A stretch of DNA of 64,000 bases from Gammaproteobacteria bacterium (GCA_041556855.1 JBFFHS010000003.1:16684-80683), one strand, 5' to 3'; counted from the first letter of the stretch, positions 49,470 through 59,898 are shown. Translations and numbers: made by a program. Notes: generated from the letters alone by a model not told the origin.

Positions 49470-50796
49470 TCTCCGATTTGACCCGGCCGCGCAGGCTGTT
49501 GGGCATGGCGCCGGTTATGACCACGTCCACAAATTCACCCACCATGGCCGGATGGCCATCGAAATTCACCCAGCGGTTGTTCTCGGTGCGACCCGCCAGT
49601 TGCCGGGGATCCCGCTTCGCCGGCCGCTCCACGAGAACCCGCTGGATAGTGCCTACCATGGCCTGGCTGATCGCGCCGGCCTGCTTGTTGATAAGGCTCT
49701 GCAACTGCGTCAGCCGGGCATGCTTGACGTCGGCCGGCGCGTCATCCGGTAACGCCGCTGCCGGGGTTCCCGGCCTCGGACTGTAGATAAAACTGAAGGA
49801 CTGGTCGAAGCCGACGGCGGCGATCAGCTCGAGGGTTGCGGCGAAATCCCGCTCAGTTTCCCCCGGGAATCCAACGATGAAATCCGAGGAGACAGACACG
49901 CCCGGCCGCACCTGGCGCAATTGCCTGATTTTATCCTTGTACTCAAGCACGGTGTGACCGCGCTTCATCAGCGCCAGGATGCGATCAGAGCCGCTCTGCA
50001 CGGGCAGGTGCAGATAGTTGGCCAGCGAACTCACGTTCGCGTAAGCATCGATCAACGGGGCGGTGAATTCCACCGGATGGGAGGTGGTAAAGCGGATCCG
50101 CTCGATGCCGTCGATGGCATCCACGTAGTAAATCAACGTCGCCAGATCAACGGTTCGGCCATCCCGGGTCGGTCCGCGATAGGCGTTGACGTTCTGCCCC
50201 AGCAAATTGACCTCCTTGACGCCCAGCTCGGCAAGATGGGCAATCTCCGCAAGCACGTCCTCGAAGGGTCGGCTGACCTCCTCCCCACGCGTGTAGGGCA
50301 CCACGCAAAAGCTGCAGTACTTGCTGCACCCCTCCATGATGGACACGAATGCCGTGCACTGAGCCGACGCCGGACGGGGAAGCCGGTCGAACTTCTCGAT
50401 CTCCGGAAAACTTATATCCACCACGCCGCCAGCGCCGGCCCGCACCTCGCGCACCATCTCAGGCAGACGATGCAGGGTCTGGGGACCGAACACCAGATCG
50501 ACACAGGGTGCCCGGCGGATGATGGCCTCGCCCTCCTGGCTGGCGACGCAGCCACCAACGCCGATGACCACGCCCGGGCGGCGCTCCTTCAGAGCGCGCC
50601 AACGGCCCAGCAGGGAAAATACTTTCTCCGCCGCCTTTTCACGAATGGAGCAGGTGTTGAGCAGGAGGATATCCGCCTCTTCGGGCGTAGCGGCAGGGGT
50701 GGCCCCTTCCGACTGCCGCAACACATCCAGCATCTTGGACGAGTCGTACTCGTTCATCTGGCAACCGAACGTTTTGATATATACCCGGGCGGACAT
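49447..50796 (-). CDS. miaB: tRNA-2-methylthio-N6-dimethylallyladenosine synthase
   Basis: 449 aa. Starts [14 protein letters not shown]. Radical-SAM motif [11 protein letters not shown]. Confidence 0.96.
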   Translation of the reverse strand: MSARVYIKTFGCQMNEYDSSKMLDVLRQSEGATPAATPEEADILLLNTCSIREKAAEKVFSLLGRWRALKERRPGVVIGVGGCVASQEGEAIIRRAPCVDLVFGPQTLHRLPEMVREVRAGAGGVVDISFPEIEKFDRLPRPASAQCTAFVSIMEGCSKYCSFCVVPYTRGEEVSRPFEDVLAEIAHLAELGVKEVNLLGQNVNAYRGPTRDGRTVDLATLIYYVDAIDGIERIRFTTSHPVEFTAPLIDAYANVSSLANYLHLPVQSGSDRILALMKRGHTVLEYKDKIRQLRQVRPGVSVSSDFIVGFPGETERDFAATLELIAAVGFDQSFSFIYSPRPGTPAAALPDDAPADVKHARLTQLQSLINKQAGAISQAMVGTIQRVLVERPAKRDPRQLAGRTENNRWVNFDGHPAMVGEFVDVVITGAMPNSLRGRVKSENARRSVA

Positions 50797-50925
50797 AATC
50801 TGATAACTTGCTGTAATAAAAGGATTTAGCTGCCGACAAGCCTAGCGCAGGCGGCCGCCGGACGCCAGCCGGGCGAACCCGCCCCGGGCAGCCCCGGGTG
50901 GATAGTGGGACGGGGCGCGACGCCG

Positions 50926-51375
50926 CTAGAAGGGTATGTCGTCGTCAAAATCCTGGCTGGGGGCAGCGCCGCCGCTGGCCTGGGCAGCGGGCGAGGGCAT
51001 TTGATCGGTCATGGCCGGCGCGCTGGCCGCTGCGCCGGCGCGGCCGCCCAGCATCTGCATCTCGCGGGCAACAATCTCCGTGCTCCAGCGGTCCTGGCCC
51101 TGCTTATCGGTCCATTTGCGCGTGCGCAGCTGGCCTTCCACATAGACCTGGGAGCCCTTGCGCAGATACTCGGCGGCAATCTCCGCCAGCCGCCCGAAGA
51201 ACACCACCCGGTGCCATTCCGTCCGCTCCTGCTGATCGCCGCTGCTCTTGTCTTTCCAGGACTCGGTAGTGGCCAGACTGACATTGGTGACGGCGTCGCC
51301 GCTGGGCATGTAGCGAGTATCCGGATCCGCGCCCAGATTGCCCACCAGGATGACCTTGTTGATGCCTCGTGCCAT
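50926..51375 (-). CDS. ssb: Single-stranded DNA-binding protein
   Basis: 149 aa. Starts [18 protein letters not shown] and ends with the acidic tip DFDDDIPF. Confidence 0.97.
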   Translation of the reverse strand: MARGINKVILVGNLGADPDTRYMPSGDAVTNVSLATTESWKDKSSGDQQERTEWHRVVFFGRLAEIAAEYLRKGSQVYVEGQLRTRKWTDKQGQDRWSTEIVAREMQMLGGRAGAAASAPAMTDQMPSPAAQASGGAAPSQDFDDDIPF

Positions 51376-51585
51376 TTGTTATTCCTCGCTGATCGGGGCC
51401 AAGACCCCGAGTGTGAGCTGGAAATTGTACGCCGACGGGGCGGGAAAAGACACGCTGCGCTTCTGGCCACCCCGCCCGGATACGAGGCCCGGACATGGGC
51501 CGGCCTGGACCTTCGAGCGGTCAGTATTTTGCGCCGCGCGCGCCGCGCGGCGTATAGTAGAGGTTTTGCCCGGACCGCCTGCAAC

Positions 51586-54444
51586 GTGTCCTCTGCCTTC
51601 ATTCAGATCCGCGGCGCGCGCACCCACAACCTCCAGGATATCGACCTGGACCTGCCGCGCGACCGTTTGATCGTGCTAACCGGATTGTCCGGCTCGGGCA
51701 AATCGTCACTGGCCTTTGACACCATCTACGCCGAGGGTCAGCGGCGTTACGTGGAGTCCCTGTCCGCCTACGCTCGGCAGTTTCTATCCATGATGGAAAA
51801 ACCGGACGTGGACCACATCGAGGGGCTGTCGCCGGCCATTTCCATCGAGCAGAAATCCACCTCCCATAATCCCCGCTCAACAGTAGGCACGGTCACAGAG
51901 ATCTACGACTACCTGCGGCTGCTATATGCCCGGGCAGGTATACCCCGCTGTCCCAACCACGGTCAGCGGCTTAAGGCGCAGGGCGTCAGCGAAATGGTAG
52001 ATCAGGTCCTAAAGCTGACGGCTGGCTCCCGGCTGGCTCTGCTGGCGCCGGTGGTGCAGTCCCGCAAAGGCCAACACGCTCAGCTGCTGGCTGAGCTACG
52101 CGCCCAAGGCTACGTTCGCGCGCGTATAGACGGCGAGATTTACGAGCTGGATGATCCGCCCAAACTGGATCTGCGCCGCAAGCACAGCATCGAGGTGGTC
52201 ATCGACCGGTTTAAGGTACGCGCCGATCTTGAACTGCGGCTGGCCGAGTCCTTCGAGACTGCCTTGCAGCTGGCCGACGGCGTCGCCCAGGTCATCGACC
52301 TGGACGATCCGCAGGCGGCCGCTTTGGTCTTTTCCGACAAGTTCGCCTGCCCCCATTGCGGTTACAGTATCAGCGAGCTCGAGCCTCGGTTGTTCTCCTT
52401 CAATAATCCCGTGGGGGCCTGCACCACGTGCGATGGGCTGGGCGTGCGCCAGTTCTTCGATCAGCAGCGCGTCGTCCGTCATCCACACTTGTCGCTGGCC
52501 GGCGGCGCCATTCGCGGCTGGGATCGCCGCAATGCCTATTACTTTCAGATGATCCAGTGTCTCGCGGAGCACTATGACTTCGACATCGAAACGCCCTTTG
52601 AAGACCTGTCGGAGCGGGTTAAGAGCATCATTCTGTTTGGCAGCGAGCGCGAGCGCATCAATTTTCGCTACTTCACTGGACGCGGCGGCGAGGTCAGCCG
52701 GCGTCATCCCTTCGAAGGCATCATTCCCAACATGCAACGCCGCTATCGGGAAACAGAATCCAGCACCGTGCGCGAGGAGTTGGCCAAATACCTGAGCACC
52801 CAGCCTTGCCCGGACTGCGGCGGCAGCCGCCTCAACGAGGCCGCCCGACACGTATTTGTCGCTGATCACAACCTGCCCCAGGTCAGCGCCCTGTCGGTGG
52901 GCCAGGCGCTGGCGTTTTTCCGCGAGCTTCATCTGGAAGGCTGGCGCGGCGAGATTGCCGAAAAAATCGTCAAGGAAATTGGTGATCGACTGCGCTTTCT
53001 GGCCGACGTAGGCCTGAATTATCTAACCTTGGACCGCAGCGCCGACACCCTGTCAGGCGGCGAGGCCCAGCGGATCCGCCTGGCCAGCCAGATCGGCTCC
53101 GGCCTGGTGGGGGTCATGTACATCCTGGACGAACCGTCCATCGGTCTGCATCAGCGGGACAACCAGCGGCTGTTAAACACGCTCCTGCACCTGCGCGATC
53201 TGGGTAATACGGTCATCGTGGTGGAGCACGACGAAGAGGCAATTCGCTCCGCCGATCACGTCGTCGACCTGGGCCCGGGAGCTGGCGTGCACGGCGGCCG
53301 GGTGGTAGCCGAGGGCACGCCGACGGCGGTCATCGACAATCCCAGCTCGCTGACGGGACAGTATCTGGCCGGACTGCGCAGCATAGCCATTCCGGCCCAG
53401 CGCCGCCCCTTTGACGACCAGACCCTGCTTGAGATCCGCGGCGCCAGGGGCAACAACCTGAAAGACATCGACGTGAGCATTCCGCTCGGCCTTGTGACCT
53501 GCGTCACCGGCGTTTCAGGATCGGGCAAAAGCACCCTGATCAACGACACCTTGTATCGCCGTGTCGCAGAGGTGCTGAATAACTCGTCCCACGACCCGGC
53601 GCCCTGCGCCGGTATCTCCGGGCTTGAGCACCTGGATCGAGTCATCGACGTGAACCAGAGCCCCATCGGCCGCACGCCTCGCTCAAATCCGGCCACTTAC
53701 ACGGGCCTTTTTACACCCATCCGCGAGCTGTTTGCGGCCACCCAGGAAGCGCGCTCGCGCGGCTATCAGCCGGGACGCTTCAGCTTCAACGTCAAGGGGG
53801 GCCGCTGCGAAGCCTGTCAGGGCGACGGCGTCATAAAAGTCGAGATGCATTTCCTGCCCGATGTCTATGTGCCCTGCGACGTCTGCCAGGGTCAGCGCTA
53901 CAACCGGGAAACACTGGATATCCGCTACAAGGGCAAGAATATCTCCGAAGTGCTCGACATGACCGTTGAGGTCGCCAGCGACTTCTTCAAGAACGTGCCC
54001 GTCGTAGCCCGCAAGCTGCATACCCTGATGGACGTGGGCCTCTCCTACATTCGCCTGGGGCAGAACGCCACTACTCTCTCCGGCGGTGAAGCCCAGCGCG
54101 TCAAGCTGGCCAAGGAACTCTCCAAGCGCAGCACTGGTTCGACTCTTTATATTCTGGACGAGCCCACCACCGGCCTTCATTTCCATGACGTGGCCCAACT
54201 ACTGCACGTCCTGCAGCGACTGCGTGATCAGGGCAATACGGTGGTGATCATCGAGCACAACCTGGACGTCATCAAGACCGCCGATTGGATTATCGATCTG
54301 GGGCCGGAGGGCGGCGGCGCCGGCGGTGAGGTCGTGGCCACGGGCACGCCCGAGCAGGTGGCGGCCAACAGGAAATCCTTTACCGGTCAGTTTCTAAAGC
54401 ACGTCCTGCGCAGCACGGCGGCCGAGAAGAAGAAACGGGCCTAG
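51586..54444 (+). CDS. uvrA: Excinuclease ABC subunit A
   Basis: GTG 51586 gives [41 protein letters not shown]. The 227 upstream codons in the track ORF are antisense to ssb. Confidence 0.96.
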   Translation: MSSAFIQIRGARTHNLQDIDLDLPRDRLIVLTGLSGSGKSSLAFDTIYAEGQRRYVESLSAYARQFLSMMEKPDVDHIEGLSPAISIEQKSTSHNPRSTVGTVTEIYDYLRLLYARAGIPRCPNHGQRLKAQGVSEMVDQVLKLTAGSRLALLAPVVQSRKGQHAQLLAELRAQGYVRARIDGEIYELDDPPKLDLRRKHSIEVVIDRFKVRADLELRLAESFETALQLADGVAQVIDLDDPQAAALVFSDKFACPHCGYSISELEPRLFSFNNPVGACTTCDGLGVRQFFDQQRVVRHPHLSLAGGAIRGWDRRNAYYFQMIQCLAEHYDFDIETPFEDLSERVKSIILFGSERERINFRYFTGRGGEVSRRHPFEGIIPNMQRRYRETESSTVREELAKYLSTQPCPDCGGSRLNEAARHVFVADHNLPQVSALSVGQALAFFRELHLEGWRGEIAEKIVKEIGDRLRFLADVGLNYLTLDRSADTLSGGEAQRIRLASQIGSGLVGVMYILDEPSIGLHQRDNQRLLNTLLHLRDLGNTVIVVEHDEEAIRSADHVVDLGPGAGVHGGRVVAEGTPTAVIDNPSSLTGQYLAGLRSIAIPAQRRPFDDQTLLEIRGARGNNLKDIDVSIPLGLVTCVTGVSGSGKSTLINDTLYRRVAEVLNNSSHDPAPCAGISGLEHLDRVIDVNQSPIGRTPRSNPATYTGLFTPIRELFAATQEARSRGYQPGRFSFNVKGGRCEACQGDGVIKVEMHFLPDVYVPCDVCQGQRYNRETLDIRYKGKNISEVLDMTVEVASDFFKNVPVVARKLHTLMDVGLSYIRLGQNATTLSGGEAQRVKLAKELSKRSTGSTLYILDEPTTGLHFHDVAQLLHVLQRLRDQGNTVVIIEHNLDVIKTADWIIDLGPEGGGAGGEVVATGTPEQVAANRKSFTGQFLKHVLRSTAAEKKKRA

Positions 54445-54448
54445 AGTT

Positions 54449-55459
54449 TCAGCCCAGCCGGCGAATGCCGATGGCGTGGCGCACGCGAGCCATAAAGGGT
54501 CGACTGATCGACCGGGCCCGCTCGGCGCCGGCCTGCAGCGCGGCCTCCACGTGATCGGGCGCGGCCAGGAGCTTTTGATACTCGTCCCGGTAACCGGCCA
54601 GATGCTCGTTCAAGTAATCAAACAGCAGGTTCTTCATTTCGCCCCAGCCGATCCCCTCCCGATAGCGCTGGACCATGGCCTCGGTCTCCTGGGCACTGGC
54701 AAAGGCGCGGTAGATGCCGAACAGAGTGCATGTATCCGGGTCCTTGGGCTCGCCGGGCTCTAAGGAATTGGTCTTGATACGCATGATTAATTTGCGCAGC
54801 CGCTTCTCGGGCGCAAACAGCGGAATGATGTTGTCGTAGCTCTTGCTCATCTTGCGTCCGTCCAAACCCTTAAGCACCGCGGTGCTGTCATCGATGACCG
54901 CGTCCGGCAGCACGAACAACTCGCCGTAGTGATGGTTGAAGCGCCCCGCGATATCCCGGGCCATCTCAACATGTTGTTTCTGATCCCGGCCCACCGGAAC
55001 TTTATGAGCGCCAAACATCAGAATGTCGGCCGCCATCAGAATGGGATAGCAAAACAGTCCCATGCTGATACCGGCGTCCGGGTCCTTTTTGCCGGTCGCT
55101 TCGTTGTCCTGCACGGCGGCCTTGTAGGCGTGCGCACGGTTCATCAGACCCTTGGCCGTCATGGTGGTCAGGATCCAGGTGAGCTCGGCAATCTCCGGCA
55201 CGTCGGACTGCCGATAGAAATACACGGTCTCCGGATCGAGGCCGCAGGCCAGCCAGCTGGCGGCGATCTCCAACGTGGACTGGGCAACCCGATCCGGATC
55301 CCGACTCTTCACTAACGCGTGATAGTCGGCCAGGAAGAAAAACGACTCTACGTTGGCCACAGCGCTTGCCGCAATAGCGGGGCGAATGGCACCCACATAG
55401 TTACCCAGGTGAGGCGTGCCGGTAGTGGTAATGCCGGTGAGTACGACTTCCTTACCCAT
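54449..55459 (-). CDS. trpS: Tryptophan--tRNA ligase
   Basis: 336 aa. Motifs TGTPHLGNY (HIGH-like) and KMSKS. Confidence 0.95.
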   Translation of the reverse strand: MGKEVVLTGITTTGTPHLGNYVGAIRPAIAASAVANVESFFFLADYHALVKSRDPDRVAQSTLEIAASWLACGLDPETVYFYRQSDVPEIAELTWILTTMTAKGLMNRAHAYKAAVQDNEATGKKDPDAGISMGLFCYPILMAADILMFGAHKVPVGRDQKQHVEMARDIAGRFNHHYGELFVLPDAVIDDSTAVLKGLDGRKMSKSYDNIIPLFAPEKRLRKLIMRIKTNSLEPGEPKDPDTCTLFGIYRAFASAQETEAMVQRYREGIGWGEMKNLLFDYLNEHLAGYRDEYQKLLAAPDHVEAALQAGAERARSISRPFMARVRHAIGIRRLG

Positions 55460-55471
55460 AAGCCCTCTTCT

Positions 55472-55778
55472 TCAACAGCCGACCGCCCGGCCGTGCTTGC
55501 GTGACTCAGATGCACCCAAATATACGCCGGATTGTCGCTGGATCGCCTGATAACCGCCAAATCCGCCCGGCTTCTGTACGTCCCGATGACCGCGGCGCCG
55601 GAGTTCCTGGATGGCGACGGGACTAATGCCGTGTTTCAAATTGACCGTGCCGCTTGAGGATTTGGATCGCAATCTAGGCTGCCCGCGGCTGGCTCGTCGC
55701 AACCATCCCGTTGACCGCCAGGACGACCGACCGGGTGGTGAAGCCCCCCGCCGAGGGACGCTGCGTTGCTGCGGGCAT
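55472..55778 (-). pseudogene. ggt: Gamma-glutamyltransferase remnant (in-frame stop plus large internal deletion with frame change)
   Basis: Frame A reads MPAATQRPSAGGFTTRSVVLAVNGMVATSQPRAA*IAIQILKRHG, which is the GGT N-terminal pattern (GMVAts.p.Aa.iG..iLk.GG) broken by TAG at 55674-55676. Frame B reads TVNLKHGISPVAIQELRRRGHRDVQKPGGFGGYQAIQRQSGVYLGASESRKHGRAVGC*, the GGT C-terminal pattern (..GH.v....G..qaI....g...GasDpR.dG.a.G.). The roughly 450 residues in between are missing. Confidence 0.7.
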
Positions 55779-55953
55779 CAGACTGACTCCGGGGCATGCT
55801 TCCCAAACGTGGCCGGCACAACGGCAACGTGCCGGCCCAGAGCCCCAACGGGGCTCGAGCTTGCGGGGAGGTGAGATGATGCCCGAGTTACGGCGCACGA
55901 ACCAGCCGCGAAACCCCGTTGTGCTGGTCTCGCCGGTCGCGGACAATTCCGCC

Positions 55954-57288
55954 ATGACCTGGCTGGACGAATCCCGACTGTCCGCCCTGTATCCGGCGCA
56001 TCTTGAAACCCAGAGCGAGCGGGCGTCCCGGGCGCTTGCCCATGCCGGCTTCGAGCGCCTGGTGATTTTCTCCGGCCGCGAACGCGTGGCCTTTCGCGAC
56101 GATATCCCCTATCCGTTCGTCGCGAACCCCTACTTTAAAGCCTTTCTACCCTTGGCCCGCCATCCGGACTGCGCCCTGGTTTTTGCTCCGGCACGCAAAC
56201 CGGAGCTCATCTATATGCAGCCCAGGGACTACTGGCATATGGCCCCAGCCGCCCCCGAGGGTTACTGGCTAGATCACTTTCACGTCCGCATCGTGACCGA
56301 ACCGGCGCAGCTGGATGCTGCGCTGCCCGACGACCTGAGCACGACGGCCGCGATCGGTGAGAACATTCTTATCCCGGAGCGCTTTGCCGCCGTGAATGAC
56401 ACGGCCCTGCTCAATATGCTGGATTACCAGCGCGCCCGGAAAACCCCTTACGAAATCGAATGTATTGCAGCCGCCAACCGCCGGGCTGTGCCCGCTCACC
56501 AAGCCGCCCGCGCCGCATTCCTCGCCGGGGCCGCTGAATTCGACATTCATCAAGCTTATTGCAGGGCCGCCCAGCATACGGATCACGAGTTACCCTACGG
56601 CAATATCATTGCCCTGAATGAGCACGCCGCGGTGCTGCACTATCAGCATCTCGACCGCGAAGCGCCGCACGAATCCCGCTCGTTTTTGATCGACGCCGGC
56701 GCTGCTTGTCAGGGGTATGCGGCGGACATTACCCGCACTTGGAGCAGCGATCCCGCATTTCAAGAGTTGATCGGCGCCATGGAACGTTTGCAGCAGTTGT
56801 TGTGCGTGGCCATGGTCGCGGGTGCCGAGTTCCCTGTTCTGCACGATCAGGCCCATCAGGCCCTGGCACAGGTGCTGGTGGAGGCGGACATTGCCCGCGG
56901 CACGCCGGAGCAGGTTTATGCTCAGGGCATCACCCGTTACTTCCTGCCTCACGGACTGGGTCATCTACTGGGACTGCAGGTCCACGACGCTGGCGGGCAA
57001 TTGGCGGATGCGGCGGGTAACGCTGCGCCGCCTCCCGAGCACTATCCCTGGTTGCGCCTGACCCGCCGGCTTGAGCCCGACTTCGTGGTTACGGTGGAAC
57101 CGGGCCTGTATTTTATCGACTTGCTGCTGAACGAACTGGCCGCCGACCCGGCCGCCAAACAGATCAACTGGAGGCGGGTTGAGCAGTTCAAACCCTTCGG
57201 CGGCATTCGAGTCGAGGACAACATCGCCGTCGGGACCGCCGGCCCCCGCAATCTCACCCGCGAGGCGTTCGCTGCCGTGCCCGCCTAG
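55954..57288 (+). CDS. pepQ: Xaa-Pro dipeptidase (prolidase)
   Basis: ATG 55954 gives MTWLDESRLSALYPAHLETQSERASRAL... Contains PYPFVANPYFKAF and M24 metal ligands (IDAGAACQGYAADITRT, HGLGHLLGLQVHD, VEPGLY). Confidence 0.92.
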   Translation: MTWLDESRLSALYPAHLETQSERASRALAHAGFERLVIFSGRERVAFRDDIPYPFVANPYFKAFLPLARHPDCALVFAPARKPELIYMQPRDYWHMAPAAPEGYWLDHFHVRIVTEPAQLDAALPDDLSTTAAIGENILIPERFAAVNDTALLNMLDYQRARKTPYEIECIAAANRRAVPAHQAARAAFLAGAAEFDIHQAYCRAAQHTDHELPYGNIIALNEHAAVLHYQHLDREAPHESRSFLIDAGAACQGYAADITRTWSSDPAFQELIGAMERLQQLLCVAMVAGAEFPVLHDQAHQALAQVLVEADIARGTPEQVYAQGITRYFLPHGLGHLLGLQVHDAGGQLADAAGNAAPPPEHYPWLRLTRRLEPDFVVTVEPGLYFIDLLLNELAADPAAKQINWRRVEQFKPFGGIRVEDNIAVGTAGPRNLTREAFAAVPA

Positions 57289-57587
57289 CTGGTCAACCCG
57301 GCGGCAATCGCATTCATGCGCATCGCCAGTTGAACATCTAGCTGGGTCAGGCCACCCACGTCATGGGTGGTCAGATCAACGCTCACCCGGCTGTACACGT
57401 TGAACCATTCCGGATGATGATCCATCGCCTCGGCAACAATGGCTGCCTGGGTCATGAAGCCGAAGGCGCTGACGAAGTCAGCAAACTTGAAGTCCCGATG
57501 CAGCTTCCCCGCAACAAGCTGCCACGAGGGGAGCTGCTCGAGGGCTGCAGCAATCTGCGCGTCGTCCAGCGGTTCCCGGGTCACCAT
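57285..57587 (-). CDS. phhB: 4a-hydroxytetrahydrobiopterin dehydratase (PCD/DCoH)
   Basis: 100 aa from ATG 57587. Sequence DFVSAFGFMTQAAIVAEAMDHHPEWFNVYSRVSVDLTTHD. Its stop overlaps the pepQ stop (CTAG). Confidence 0.9.
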   Translation of the reverse strand: MVTREPLDDAQIAAALEQLPSWQLVAGKLHRDFKFADFVSAFGFMTQAAIVAEAMDHHPEWFNVYSRVSVDLTTHDVGGLTQLDVQLAMRMNAIAAGLTS

Positions 57588-57687
57588 CCTGTCCTCCACT
57601 TTCAGCCAACCTCCCGCTGCCCGGCCGCGTGGTGCGCTTCGGCCGAAGCGGGTACGATTGCCGTTTCTAATCAATTCTCAAGGATCC

Positions 57688-58275
57688 ATGTCCCACCGTA
57701 CCAGAGATCTTCCCGCCCTGTCCGGCGTCGGCCACTGGCTGCGCGAGCTGCGCTACCACGAGTTCTCGCGACAGGCGCTGGGACTTTTGCTGGTGGTGTT
57801 ATTCGGCCTCGTCGGCCGGCCGGAGCCGGCAACCTTTTATGCCGGCGCCAGCATGATCGGCCTGGGGATCATCGTTCGGCTGTACGCTTCCGGGTTCATC
57901 GTCAAGAACAAGGAACTCGCCACCAACGGCCCCTATGCTCTGGTGCGCCATCCCCTTTACACAGGTAACCTTTTGATATTATTCGGTTTTGCCCTGGCCA
58001 CGGGGCTCTGGTGGGTATGGCTGATCAGCATCGGATTCGTCTGGTTCTACTATCCCACCGCCATTGAGTACGAGGACCGCAAGCTGCGCGCAATCTTTGC
58101 CGACTCGTGGCTGACCTGGAGCAGCCACACACCGGCCCTGATTCCCGCGCTGGGCCGCTGGCGTGAAATGAGCAGCGGTAGCTGGTCGTTCATGAAAAGC
58201 CTTCGGGAAAATCTGGAACCGGTGATCGTTTTATTTCTAGTGTTCTGGGCGTGGTACCTGTGGAGACAACTCTAA
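57688..58275 (+). CDS. Membrane methyltransferase of the ICMT/PEMT (isoprenylcysteine carboxyl / phospholipid methyltransferase) family
   Basis: 195 aa from ATG 57688. About 4-5 hydrophobic segments. Family motif NGPYALVRHPLYTGNLLILFGFAL...EYEDRKL. Confidence 0.8.
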   Translation: MSHRTRDLPALSGVGHWLRELRYHEFSRQALGLLLVVLFGLVGRPEPATFYAGASMIGLGIIVRLYASGFIVKNKELATNGPYALVRHPLYTGNLLILFGFALATGLWWVWLISIGFVWFYYPTAIEYEDRKLRAIFADSWLTWSSHTPALIPALGRWREMSSGSWSFMKSLRENLEPVIVLFLVFWAWYLWRQL

Positions 58276-58279
58276 GGCT

Positions 58280-58996
58280 GTGACCAGGCCCGACGCTGCC
58301 CAGGTCATGACGGAGGTTGCGCGCTGGCTCGAGGGCGAGCTTGAGGACTGCCCCCAGCGGCTGGTCGGCTCGGGTTACCAGGGCGCCATTCGTTTGATTG
58401 AACTCCCCAGCGGCCCGGTGATCATCAAGGAAGTCGGCAGCACCGGACCGCTGGGGGGACTGCGCCGAACCGCACTGCGTCGCGAACACAAGGCCTACGG
58501 CAAGCTGACCGGGGTCACCGGAGTACCCCGCTGTTTCGGGCTGATACGGGATCGCTATCTGGTACTGGAGCACATAGCCGGCGCGTCTCTGCGAGAGCGG
58601 GAACACGAACTTTCAGACAGCAGTGCTTTCTACGACCGGCTACTTGAAGTCATTCAACAGATGCACCGCTTAGGCGTAGCCCACGGTGACTTGAAACGCA
58701 AGGACAACATTCTTGTAGGCCCCGGGGAACAGCCCTTTATCGTGGATTTCGGCACCGCCCATTTCCGCCGCGAGCCCAGCGGCGGTTTTCGCCGCTGGCT
58801 GTTCAGTTTCATGACGCAGACGGATTACAACGCCTGGATCAAGCGCAAATATCTTCGCGACTATGAAAATCTGTCGGCCAAAGATGCGGTGTTATATCGA
58901 CCCCTACCGCTCGAGCGGGCAGCCCGCCTCGTGCGCGAGACCTGGCGTCGCCTCACCTTGCGCCGTCTGCGCAAACGCTTGCGGACCCGACGCTAG
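58280..58996 (+). CDS. Small protein-kinase-fold protein (Kdo/WaaP/RIO/Bud32-like) with a polybasic C-terminal tail
   Basis: 238 aa. The GTG start lies 4 nt after the upstream stop. Ordered kinase motifs: G-rich loop GSGYQGAI, beta-3 Lys VIIKEV, catalytic loop HGDLKRKDNILV and metal-binding VDFGTA. The tail reads RETWRRLTLRRLRKRLRTRR. Confidence 0.8.
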   Translation: MTRPDAAQVMTEVARWLEGELEDCPQRLVGSGYQGAIRLIELPSGPVIIKEVGSTGPLGGLRRTALRREHKAYGKLTGVTGVPRCFGLIRDRYLVLEHIAGASLREREHELSDSSAFYDRLLEVIQQMHRLGVAHGDLKRKDNILVGPGEQPFIVDFGTAHFRREPSGGFRRWLFSFMTQTDYNAWIKRKYLRDYENLSAKDAVLYRPLPLERAARLVRETWRRLTLRRLRKRLRTRR

Positions 58997-59015
58997 CCAG
59001 GGGGCAGGACCCGGC

Positions 59016-59414
59016 CTAGTACTGAATGCTGGCGAGGAAGTCGGTTAGCGCGATAATGCGCGCCTCCGCCGCCTTTTCAGCGGCGCGGTCACCACCTGCC
59101 ATCTCCCGGAACTCGGTTCCCCAGACCGGCATGTAGCGATCCCCGTGGGCACGGGCGACGCGACGACCGTCAATATACTCCCGCACGGCAAGCGCGGGAA
59201 ATTGCCCGCTATTACGCTCCGCCAGGCCGCGCAGATTCGGCACGTCCATGGTCATCACGCTGGCCACCGGCCCGTCACCCTCGGCAGAGGGCCCATGGCA
59301 GGCTGCGCAGTTGCGGGCGTATAGATCTTCTCCCGAGGGTACATCCTGCGGCGGCTGAGGGGTGGTGCAGGCTGCTGCAAGCATCAGGCCAGTGATCAGG
59401 AGTAATGCTTTCAT
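59016..59414 (-). CDS. Class I c-type cytochrome, probably a lipoprotein
   Basis: 132 aa. Signal peptide MKALLLITGLMLAAAC. Haem motif CAACH, with a distal Met candidate in RYMPVWG. Confidence 0.85.
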   Translation of the reverse strand: MKALLLITGLMLAAACTTPQPPQDVPSGEDLYARNCAACHGPSAEGDGPVASVMTMDVPNLRGLAERNSGQFPALAVREYIDGRRVARAHGDRYMPVWGTEFREMAGGDRAAEKAAEARIIALTDFLASIQY

Positions 59415-59491
59415 GGCTGGAGTATTCGCCCGGGCAAATGCCGCCGCTATCCGTGTTTTCCGAAGCCAGTCCGGGGCACCTGGAACACGTC

Positions 59492-59875
59492 TCAGCTCGC
59501 CGTTTCGGCGTTCTCCTCAGGCTGATCCAGCAACTGCACCAGAGCCATGGGAGCCGCATCGCCGGGGCGATAGCCCATTTTGAGAATGCGCATATAGCCG
59601 CCGGGGCGTTCCTTGAAGCGCGGACCAAGCTCATTGAACAGCTTGCCCACGACCTCTTTGTCGCGCAGGCGATCGAAGGCCCGGCGGCGCCGCGCGACGC
59701 CGTCTTCCTTGGCCAGGGTAATGAGCGGCTCAACGACTCGCCGTAGCTCTTTGGCTTTGGGCAGCGTCGTGCGGATCGTTTCATGGCGCAGCAGGGAAGC
59801 CGCCATGTTGCGATACATGGCCTTTCTGTGGCTTGAATTTCTGCCGAGTCGTCGGCCTGACTTTCGATGTCGCAT
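59492..59875 (-). CDS. rplQ: 50S ribosomal protein L17
   Basis: 127 aa. Starts [20 protein letters not shown]. Confidence 0.97.
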   Translation of the reverse strand: MRHRKSGRRLGRNSSHRKAMYRNMAASLLRHETIRTTLPKAKELRRVVEPLITLAKEDGVARRRRAFDRLRDKEVVGKLFNELGPRFKERPGGYMRILKMGYRPGDAAPMALVQLLDQPEENAETAS

Positions 59876-59898
59876 GATGAGTCTTCCTGCGCCCGTCG

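Noticed and set aside
51376-51585. Search for a LexA/SOS box (CTGT-N8-ACAG type) in the divergent ssb-uvrA intergenic region
   Set aside because: I could not find a convincing match by eye. I saw only a GC hairpin (GCCGCGCG-cgc-CGCGCGGC) within a possible TTGCGC-N18-TATAGT promoter. LexA motifs differ between lineages, so absence of the E. coli-type box is not informative. A genome-wide motif search would be needed.
50905-51585. N-terminal 227 codons of the 1179-aa uvrA track ORF
   Set aside because: This part is antisense to ssb and has no UvrA similarity. The UvrA N-terminus ([11 protein letters not shown]...) begins at GTG 51586.
57635-57650. Perfect 16-bp palindrome CGCTTCGGCCGAAGCG as a stand-alone operator call
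   Set aside because: About one such palindrome is expected by chance in 64 kb, and more in GC-rich DNA. It is therefore mentioned only as context for the methyltransferase/kinase operon and is not listed as a feature.
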